Origin: Chrysomallon squamiferum | Lineage: Eukaryota; Animalia; Mollusca | Direction: 5' to 3' | Assembly (NCBI GenBank): GCA_012295275.1 | Contig: CM022672.1 | Location: 18,600,001-18,664,000 of the forward strand | DNA length: 64,000 nt | In this document: positions 53,156 through 64,000 of the stretch, one piece after another | Layout: the number at the start of each line of letters is the position of its first letter | Numbering within the stretch: position 1 is the first letter of the stretch | The notes under the pieces: model-generated | What the model saw: only the letters and a program-made list of their open reading frames with translations | Database searches by the model: none | Told to the model about the DNA's origin: nothing | Translations under genes and position numbers: made by a program

Positions 53156-56100
53156 CATACACATACACACACACAAACACATATACATACAAGCATGTTA
53201 TATAACGACATTGTCTAATTAAATCAAACTGAAAATCAACTGGTCTATTTAAATCTGGTTCATCTACCCTCACAAACTTTGTACCTATCATGTTGTGTAA
53301 ACAGACAGAAATTGTTTAGTTACTATAGTAGTCAAAGATAATAACACAAATAACAACAACTATTATAATTATTTGTTTGTTGCTGTTTTTGTTGTATTTT
53401 CTCGCTGAGTTCTTCCCAGTATTACCATAATTATAACAGGTTAAAACAACTTGCATAATGAAGAAAACTGCAGCATGAAATTTACTGTTACTTTGGGGAG
53501 AAAAAATTAAAACAAATTAATGAATTTTAATTAAACCAACTATTATTGTACAATTAAAATATTAAATTTTAGATAATGGCAGATATTAGTGACTAATTCA
53601 CTACCATCATTACACAGTATTTACATGTTTAATATTTAATGCCTTTTATAAATTAGTTATCCTTCCTACTTCCTTAGAGTAATAACCTATTACTCAAAGT
53701 CTACCATGGTAGATAGCTAGATATACACGAATGATCTGATTCGACAAGGTAGTAAGCTTATGTAGCTTGATTATTCTGTGTTAACAGAACTTGTCAACAT
53801 GGAAACTTTATTATACAATTCAAGCAGATCATGATAAAATGTCAAGCATCATCACCGATTTCACAGTGTTGCATTACCATAATTATTTTTACTCACATGC
53901 TGATTAATTATTTGACATTAGCATTAAGATAAAATAATTTTAATAATTATGATTTTTACACATATGACCATGCACGAAATTCATGTATCACAGTACAATA
54001 AAGCCCAGAATCAATATTTAATGGTTGTAAAACATTTGTGCATATGTAAAGGTATATATTTTAAAAACATACAAAACAAAAAATATTATAATATATTCAA
54101 GTCACCAGAATTAAAAACATTTTTTTTTAACTTTTCTAAATAATTAGAATAATAGATTAATACATTATCAAAAAGAAATGCTTGAAGTTGAAAAGAAAAA
54201 GAAAATATCAGAAAAGAAAAATGCTAAATATTTTGAATGATGGCACTACAGAATTAACTTCTTCACAAGTCTAAAATAATTACACTGGAGATAATACAGC
54301 TTATTTTCAAAATAAACATTTTCTGTAATGTGCACATTTTCAACTGAGTAAACAGCTATACAAAATCATGCAACAGATTTATATTTACTTTTGAAACATT
54401 CACATTTCCCATCCCCAAAGAGCAAGGGTCATTTAAATTACATCAGTAAACCAAAACAATTTGTCCAGAACAATCATGGCTAAACCTTGTTTTTTTGTTT
54501 TTTTTTTTTTCAATAATATTATTAGAACAGTTGTGATTTAATATATGTCATGAGAACTCTCGTAAATTACTCATTATCGTGTTAATCATCCAATTCGTCA
54601 CATTCACACGAGTTTACATATAAATATTTAATGTAAAATTTTAGAAATTTAAATGAATTAAAAATAAACAAATGAAAATGAGACATAATTACCAAATGAA
54701 AGTAACTGATTTATTAACATCTGTGTGAAGTAATAGTAATCGTAATGGTATCCAGAAACGTGTGTAACTAAAGTATTATAAACTGCAACGTGTTACTGAT
54801 ACAAAGTGTTAGCAGAATTCTGAGTAATACTAGTAATAAAGTAAATAATATTATTACAATTAACTATCGTAATTATGTTGTTGAATTTGTCATTTTATAA
54901 CAAAAACCCCAAACCTGGTCGATCTGATTTAACTCCCAAAACAAGCAAACAGGTACTGGACGAATATGTATGTTAAAAATTATTATCAACATAGGATTTT
55001 AAAATTAGTTTGTTTCGTTTCGGCTACAAATTTAGAATTTATTGATCCGGTATGGAAATGAACCGATTGACCCTGATGCAAAGTGTCTCAAATAAGCCAG
55101 AGAAATTTATGTAACCATGCTACTTTGTACAAATTTATTAAAGCACAAAAATAGAATTAAAAATATAGTTAGCTAAGATTAAGATATTAAAACAGTAAAT
55201 CCTACCAATACAACACAAGTTACTCCCCTTAGTGCCTGTTAGGTGAGAGAAATATCCTATACGTTTTGACGCTGCTCGGTATTGTCAGAAAGCCAACGAA
55301 CAAATATTATGTTGAATAATAATAATAATACAGCTGAAAAATAATAAATCACTGTAACAAAATAATGAAACTGCAAACTGTAAATCTGATCTTAAAAACT
55401 AAAACCTTAGTCTTTGTTTACAAACATATTTAATTATTAAATATGCATGAAATTTAATTATTAAAATTTAATACCATTCTGAAACGATATTAATTATTAG
55501 CATCGTTTTTGCTAAATTATTAATCAGTTAAATGTGTTGTGGGCACACACATTAACAAATATTATATATATATATATTTTTTAAATAAAAAGGTTCACGG
55601 GTAATGACTGAATAATGCAAAGTATTTGCGATAAACAGACCTACGTAAGTTTGACGCTTGAACGTAGTACATTTTGTATAAAACTTAAAAGCACGAGATG
55701 AAAGATCATTTGTCTTCCATTTTATTTATTTATTTATTTTTGTTTGTTTGTTTGTCTTTTGACACAATTTTATGGTTACTTTGTTTCAACAAAACAGTAT
55801 TTTTGTTATAATCATAACGGTCACTTTATTTTTTTTATTATTTGTGATGATATAATAGGATATTTGATATATGGGATGCTTAACTTCATTTTTTTTTATA
55901 TTTTATTTTTTTCCCGTATGTTTATTTAGTAATAATAATAAAGAATATCATTACTATTCAGTAGTAGTACTACAGAACATTTTATTCATTTGTTTAGAAA
56001 TAACTGTAATCAAAGAAAATAATTTGGGCGTCTTTTGATCGCATCAGGTAACAAGTTAGACTGGATTTTAGGTTGTTTGTATCTTAAAAGGAACCGAAGG

Positions 56101-57448
56101 CGTAACTTTCCTAATTACAAGTGGCGATAATTCCAAACAATATTTAAGTCGTGTGACAGAAGAGATGAGTTGGCATGCTTTATATACCATCTGTTTCGAT
56201 GATATGAGGTCAAGTTTTTATTATTATTATTAATATTATTATTATTATTATTATTATTAGATATAATTATAGCAAAATTGATTATAACTGAAAGGTATAA
56301 AAATATATTTTGTTTGGCTTTCTAGTTTCGTTGATAAATAAAACTAAGTTCCAAAGTAATTAACTCTAACAGTAAGTTAGTAACATCTTGAAATAGATTT
56401 GATAGGTTCTAGCACGAGGCCGTGTATATGGCTGTTGTTGTTGTTGTTATTATTATTATTATTGTTATTATTGTTATTATTATTAGTAGTAGTATTAGTA
56501 TTAGTATTAGTATTAGTATTATTATTATGTCTTCTTGTTTAACACCAATAAAAGGGGAAAAAAACAACATAGCCACACCCACACTAAAAATACACCCTAA
56601 GTACTTTATTTCTTTATAAGACTTTATTTGATAACTTTAATAATCTTAATGTAACAGTAATCTTTTCTTGATTAATCATTTCAAGAAACCAAATTTGATA
56701 ATGATAAAGGAAGTTTATATATTAATATATAGGTTTTAAAAATATTTATTTATTTGTTTATTTATTATTTATATATTTATCATTAAAATTTTAAAAGCTA
56801 ATTCTTTAACTGGAATAATACAACAAGACTAATAAGAAATAAAACTATTTCTTGATTATTATTATTATTGTGTGTGAATTTTGTTTGGTAAAAATTTTAA
56901 TACCATATGTGAAATCACACAAACTACTAACACTAAACATAATAATATATGAATAAATATATGAACAAATAAATAATAAATGAAAATAAAATAATTAATT
57001 TTAAAAACTGACTCTTTAAAGATGTCTATTTAAATAACTGTTAAATTGTTAATATATTTGTGTTTATCTTAAGCATCCCATAATTATGTAACGTGGATAA
57101 AAATTTTTTTTTTACCAAAAAACAACAACAGAGGAAACATAACACTTTCCTTTACTTTTTGTACCAGCAGATTTAAGATTACCACAACTAAATTTGTGCA
57201 AGTTAATATTTGTCATGATTTGAAACTATAATTTACATAATTTATTTCTTTAAATATTTTTTTTATATTTTCTCTACTTTTTTCCTTCTTACAGGTTTTA
57301 TACATTAAAGCTTGATTCTCTGGTAATGAAGAATATTGCAGAATGACATCTTTATTTAATCTGAAATTAAATTTGTTCAAAACTAAAAAAGTAACTTCAG
57401 TATTATTTTGTCTACTAAGACACTAATTACTTCTTAAAATAATTCAGA

Positions 57449-59260
57449 ATGTGGAAGTTCAAAATAAATATTCCACCAGACGTATATTATGGCTCAATGT
57501 CATTTTACATAACTGTTTTAAACAACGTCTTTCTCTTGTATCATGTGGACATGTTTGTATCGGTGTACAAAATTAACAAGCTCTCATTCTGGATTGGCGA
57601 AGTCATATTCTTGGTCTGGAATTCTCTAAACGACCCTCTCTTTGGCTGGATTAGTGACAAGAAATACCTTTCAGCATCGTCCAAATTCAGCAGCAGCACT
57701 GAAGTGATTTTGCAGAGACTGACTGCCCTCCAGAGAAACGGTCCACTGTTTGCCTTGTCTTTTCTTCTGTTTTGGGTCTCGTGGGCTTACCCGTGGCTTC
57801 AGTTTGTTGTGTGTTTGTGTACGTATGATGGTTTTCTCACCATGATCGATCTTCATCACTCATCTCTGCTGGCAGACCTGGCAGTCTCGGCAGAAGTAAG
57901 GACAAGATTAAACTCTCGCTGTTCACTTTTCGCAGCTGCAGGTTCGGCATCAGTGTTTCTGTCTTACGCTGTGTGGGACAAGGGTAACTTGACGTCATTC
58001 CGAATATTCTGCGTGGTTCTCACTGTAATATCCTTGCTCGGCTTTTTCTGGTCGTCCAGTGCCTTAAAGAAACATTACAAGAATCTTCACAGGCAGCACG
58101 AAGAACATGGGTATGATTCAACAGAATTTGTGTGTTTTTAAATAAATATTTATTCTGCTTATCCAGTTTAAAAAAAGTAAAGTTTGAAGTCATGTAAGAT
58201 TTTTGAACGTTTTAAAAATGTAATATTTATGCATTGAAAGGTTATAAAATGTTGAAAGAAAATATATTTTGTGTTTTTAAGTAAATTATTTTATTGAATT
58301 AAAATACAAAAAATTAGTTGTATTTTGAAGAATATTTTTCTATATTCACTAAATGTGCACATTTGTATGTTGATGAATAAAAAAAGCACAACAACATAAT
58401 GTACAAATATTTATAATTATTTTCTTTATACAGAGGTTTAATGTTTCAGTTTTAATGTTGGAAAGACTTAAAAGAACAACTTTAAAGTAGATAATCTTTA
58501 TACTTTTGATCATGACAACAGCTGAATCATTTTATAAATTTCTAATCATGTATTTGTGAAGATTACTGTTATTTTTCTACAGTCGGTCAACAAGTGCAAT
58601 TGTTCCTGACATGTTGAATGGACAGAAGAAACTCATGAAGAAATTTGTCTTTCAACTCTTGTCTCAGAAAAACTTTCTCTGGTTTGCAGTAATGAACATT
58701 ATTCAGGTTTGTGTTTGTTTGTTTGTTTGTTTTATATGAAACATATATAAAAATACATAATTCACTTTATAGATTGGAAATTTGCCTTTTGAGGTCATTC
58801 ATTCATTGCAGAAGTAAAGGATATCAATACTAACATATGAACACATATTTTCTGTAATATTATTTCAACAAAAAATTCGGATATATAATATATCATCCCA
58901 TCAGCAAAATCAGGAATTCACTTATTCTTTGAATTTAAATAAAAATTTAAATAAAAGATGTAAAACAAAAGAAGATTATTGAATTGATTGTTTCATAAAT
59001 TGTTGTTGTTGGTTTTTGAGCAGACTTTTCTACCTGTCAGTATCATTTCTTAGTTTATTTCTAGTACTGACTTTCATTTATAATAAACTGGTATTTAAAT
59101 GTAAATATACCACATTATTTTAGAGCAGTTTGTCACATGTATATGTATTATATTTATTATAACATATAATATCATATTAATAAATATTAAAGTGATCATC
59201 CTTTTCTTTTCAATTCACATTTTATATCTGTGTATATGTGTGTGTGTATATATGTATGTA

Positions 59261-59320
<60 letters not shown>

Positions 59321-61264
59321 TGTATGTATGTATGTATGTATATTTCTGTTTATGATATAATTATAACATTTATTATAATGTGTAAATCAAATTGAACCCT
59401 CTCTTTGATCTCTTCAGGTATTTCACTGTCATTTCAACAGCAATTTCTTTCCTTTGTTTCTGGAGAATCTGTTAGGAGATGGTATTAGTCCAGGTCTGGG
59501 TTCTGTTCTTATTGGTAAGTTAGTTTCATTTGAACATAGCTATTACTGCTTTTATTACAAATAATAAACCTAAATGAATTTTGCCAACTTTTGTACCATT
59601 GTCTTAACAGAAACTTTGACAAGACTTTGCTAATAATAAAACTGATCAGTAAAATGAGAAGCAAAGTTTATTATTGAAACAAGAAACTCTGAATGATACA
59701 TGTGAAAGGCTGGTTTATATTTTCATTTTCTTTATCATTTTGAACAGAAAAGTATGAAACAAAATCATCACATACCAAGTATGGCTCATGGTCAAGATTG
59801 TTATATCATTTTATCATATGTGTTTTTATAAATTTTGTTTACCAAAATAATATTATAAATGGGAAAATGTCAATTTCAAAGATCCTTTGCAAGTTCAGGT
59901 CACAGAATAAACATGCCTGAATGTTGGCAGGATATAGACATGCAGACTTGCTCACTACCAGTTTTGAAGGCAGTCTGAAGGTATAATAACTGTAAGGTCT
60001 CAATGTTGGTTATCCCTCAGCCTTTTTAATTGTGTATGCTTTAAATGCATTTGACCAAATATTACCTGTAGTACTGGACAGCGGTCAGTAGAGGTGTGTG
60101 GCTTTATCCAGAAAGGGTACATCATTGAGCATCTAAACAGCTTTTGGTACTGTTACCTTCAGTGAAGGCTTTCTTCTTTTTTTGAAAGTGGATTGATTTA
60201 TCTTTACTTTTTCAGGTGTATTTGCTTTGGGATATATTACAGTCTTCTACTATCTCTTGTGTTCATAGGTCTCATACATTTTATTTTCAAATCCAAGTTA
60301 TTGTTTTGGGCAGCCTATTGTCATTTATAACAAAGTATAATTATTAATTAACCTTGCTTTCCTTTTTATTATTATAGTTTTTTTATTAATTATGACTGGA
60401 AGGCAATAAAACATAACTTGGAAGAATTCAGAACATTTTTAAACCATTTCTTTGTGTCATCAAAAGTGTACTTAGCTTGTGGGCTTGCAGACTAGAAATT
60501 GGCTTGTAGTATTTGATAGTCATATTGGTTGAGAGTATTTTACATTTTAACTTATTTAAGTAACTAATTTTTTATCATTAAACAAAATGATTTTAAATAA
60601 CATTCAGTAATAAATTCTTATTTTATTAGTTTTAACATCAAGTACCATTAATTTGTTTGTACAGGTATCAACATATATATTTTTTTTCATTTCTATGTGT
60701 TTTAGATACTAAAGCAAATAAAAAATATTTGAACCAGTATTTTTTTTTAAATTAATATATTGGTTTTCTTTTATAATCACTTTCTTTATTTTATTTTTAT
60801 TTTATTTTATTTTATTTTATTTTATTTTATTTTATTTTATTTTTGTTTTTGTTTTTGTTTTTGTTTTTGTTTTTTTTTTTTTTTATTTATTTATTTATTT
60901 TTTTTATTTAATTATTTATTTTATTTTTATTTTATTTTATTTTATTTTATTTACAGGTATCTCGTTTGTTGCTCCACATGTGAACAATCTATACTTTCTG
61001 TCTCTCTGTCGGAGATATGGTGTCTATGCTGTGATACGTTTTCTCTTCATAGTCAAGCTTGCTCTCAGTGTCTTCATGTTTTTTGCTGGACCAAACCACA
61101 TCTGGCTGCTATGTGTTTTTATTGCAAGGTAAGTGAGATTTTTTAAATAAAATTTAAGATTAAAATGATCTCATGCACAAAACAAAATAAAGGTACGAAT
61201 TACTGACAAATAAATGTACAGTGCTATAAAGAATGGTAAATATTTGTTTTTAATCTGATTAATA

Positions 61265-61303
<39 letters not shown>

Positions 61304-61944
61304 CATTATTTTGTCAGTATTAGATAGGTTAGTCATGTGTATATCTTAAAGGTTAAGATACAGTTCTGTCAATGTTTGATTTCAGCTTCAGTTTGCTTCA
61401 CCTGCGTTTCTAAATCCATCATGTGCCAACAACTGATTTATCAAACACTACAGAGAGATATATATAGTGTGTGTGTGTGTGTGCATGCATGCATGTGTTT
61501 GTGTGTGAGTCTGTGTGTGTTTTTCATCCACAGAATGTGCAGGTGTTCTTATTACTGGTTATTTTTTGTTTTAATAATTTATTGAAATGTGTATTCACTA
61601 AAGCATATTCAAGTAATTTACCCAGCAATCTTATTTGTTTATTTATTTATTTTTCATTTTATTTTAGCCAGTAGTGCAGTATATATAATATTTTGTCAAC
61701 TAATCCCACATGTTTAATTTTTAATTTTTTTTTATATATTATACTACCAGCAACCGTGTGTTCACTGAGGGTACGTGCAAGCTGTTGAATCTAGTTATAT
61801 CGGATCTAGTGGATGAGGACTGTGTGATGCACCACAGAAAACAGGCAGTGTCAGCTCTCATGTTTGGAACTGCAGCTCTCCTGTCAAAACCAGGACAGAC
61901 TCTGGCGCCACTCGTGGGCACATGGTTACTGGCCTTGGAAACAG
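57449..61944 (+). CDS. MFSD13A: Transmembrane protein 180 / MFS domain-containing 13A (3'-partial)
   Basis: Exons 57449-58110, 58583-58706, 59418-59514, 60957-61128, 61751-61944; continues past the window. Motifs [88 protein letters not shown]. Confidence 0.93.
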
Positions 61945-62080
61945 GTCAGTTATGTAATGTTTTGTTATGTACATGACACTTGAAACAGGTCGCTTTCATA
62001 ATATTTTGATGTATATGTAACACTCATCTCATTCTGTGAAATATTTAATTGTTTGTATATAATGTTTAATTATATATATA

Positions 62081-64000
62081 GGGTCATTCCGTGTCAAATC
62101 ACCCAAAAAAAAAAGAAATTTAAACCCGATCGTCTCAGATTTTTATAAAACTTGGTATACTTGTTGACTGGGATCCCACAGCACCAAATCTGAAATGTTA
62201 GCCCAATCAGACCAGTGGTGTGGGAGATATGGCCCACCGAATTTTGAGATTTTTGCCAAAAATGGGTGTGACCACCAACCTTAGAACCCTTATATCTCAG
62301 GAACTACTGGGCCAATATTCATAAAATTGGTATTGTTAGAAAGGCAAAATGACAAGGATTCCAAAGTTGGATTCCAAAGGATTTCTAGTTTGGAAAATAC
62401 TGGAGTACCTTGACCTTTTGACCTTTGCTATGACCTTGAAATTGACCGTGTGGATCACGTGATCTTGAGATGACCTTTATTGAAATTTAATCTCCCACAT
62501 GTTAACTAAAACATATAAAAGTTTCCTGGGTGTAATATTTTTTGTTTAGCCACAATATAGATTTAAAAAATGCACATACATGAAAATAACACCTTTTCAG
62601 CCATTAACATCTGATTAACTAAAATCTGAATGATCAATTCTGGATGCTAGGAATCACCATCTCTCTTGATCATCGAGTAAGACATTGTAGGCCTACATGT
62701 ATGCATAAAGTTCACATATAAAAGTTTCCTGGGTATAATATTTTTTGTTTAGCCATAATAGAGATTTTAAAAAATGCATACCTGCATGGATGATTGATAC
62801 AATGCATTACAATGTACATTTTCTCTGAGACTAAAAACTCATCTTTGGAGTTAAAACCCATCTGACATGTCTGAAGGAATGCCTGAAGGATATGAAATGA
62901 TGCCAAATGGCATGACATGTTCTACACATGAAGTGATGCTTCAGGCAGGTCAGGAACGCCTTTAGATTCCCTGGTGCAATCCCCATTGAGCACATGGCAA
63001 TTAGAAATTTAAGACAAAGAAGTTTCTTCATCTGCATTTCTTTGACAATCTGAAGCTTTTTAAGTTGGACACAATGTCAGATGTTGATATATAAACAATA
63101 TTTTTATTTCATAAAACCTATTAAGTAATTTTATCATGTCATGTGGGCCTTGCCATTGGTTTTGAACAAGGTTTCAGTCAACAACAGTACAACCCAGTCT
63201 GAAATCGGACATCATCAAGTGATGTACTGCATAATGTATTTGTACACCCAGTCTTCGGCACAGAGTATGAACAAGGTCTACTTCACCTTAATAAACTGTG
63301 ATTTATACTTGAGAAGATTGATATAAATGCCCAAGACTTGTGGGCCTTTGGCAATAACACATGTACTCTGCTGCCATTTTGTGACCTGCTTAACTTTACT
63401 GAAAGGGTTTCAGGATTTGATTTAATATTTAGGAAAGCACTGACTTTGTTCTATTGAATTGAAGGTGCAGGCCAATACTGAAAATCCTTATTTCTTCCAG
63501 GGCTAACTGCAGCTTTAACTCTCCTGAAAATGTGTGTTATCAACACGCAGGAGTTGTTGCGAAGTGTATGGAAAACTGAGGAAGTCGAACTCCTCACTCT
63601 TTGAAGTGGGATTGAAACATGGGACATCAAGAGTATCATGAACAAGAACTTTTCATCAAATTTTCAACATTGCAGAAAAACTATTGTGATCGTCTTAATC
63701 GCCACCCTGAGCAGAGCACGCACTAGATCTTTAAGAAATGTTAGCATGGGCACTTACAAATGCTTAGTAAATCCTCCAAAGACACTAGTGCCAGGAGACA
63801 AGTTGTGCTGTGACTGTCTGATTACCTTTCAGAAATCAAAGGTCCTGCAGAAGATGGCTTTAGTATGGGAGAATTTGGTGATAACTTGCCAGACAAACCG
63901 CTGGTTGTTGTTTTCCCAGAAAAGGACTTTGATTTGAATTCTATTCTGTCGAGTTTAGGCGAAACTCCTGTCAAACACCATTCTCTAGCACATTCCAGTA
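62081..64000 (+). mobile_element. Decayed cut-and-paste DNA transposon (Sola2-like, tentative) in an MFSD13A intron; right end outside the window
   Basis: Abrupt start GGGTCATTCCGTGTCAAATC directly after a (TA)n tract. Internal ~70-bp direct repeat at 62511 and 62714. Frameshifted Cys/His-rich fragments from about 63620: YHEQELFIKFSTLQKNYCDRLNRH, RSLRNVS...LVPGDKLCCDC, LNSILSSLGETPVK, resembling Sola2-type transposase N-termini as I recall them. Confidence 0.6.

Noticed and set aside
59750-60000. Possible old repeat remnant in an MFSD13A intron (cataccaagtatgg...ggtcaag...aggtcac)
   Set aside because: Too degenerate to delimit or classify by eye.
1-64000. tRNA, rRNA or snRNA genes
   Set aside because: No cloverleaf with A/B boxes or rRNA/snRNA-like sequence recognised by eye; a tRNAscan-SE or Rfam search is needed to exclude them.

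Overview
AT-rich, microsatellite-rich, intron-containing animal genomic DNA. Gene style and repeats suggest a mollusc, probably a gastropod (inference). Splicing exons by hand gives, in order: (1) a minus-strand gene with two constant coding exons (292 aa, unrecognised N-terminal domain) followed by at least two same-phase alternative terminal exons, each encoding a different CENP-B/pogo-type HTH DNA-binding module, an architecture like lola/mod(mdg4) that runs off the left edge; (2) FBXW4 (+); (3) a p24-alpha gene, TMED9/TMED4-like (+), with two duplicated 116-nt mutually exclusive GOLD-domain exons; (4) HPDL (-); (5) RMND5 (-); (6) an orphan 245-aa ORF with a TATA box and long spliced 5' leader (-); (7) a GPC1/DUF2838 glycerophosphocholine acyltransferase (-); (8) TMEM180/MFSD13A (+, partial) with a decayed DNA transposon in an intron. 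There are also hairpins, local tandem duplications, SINE-like remnants and an orphan promoter/first exon. All gene names come from recognised motifs, not from database searches.
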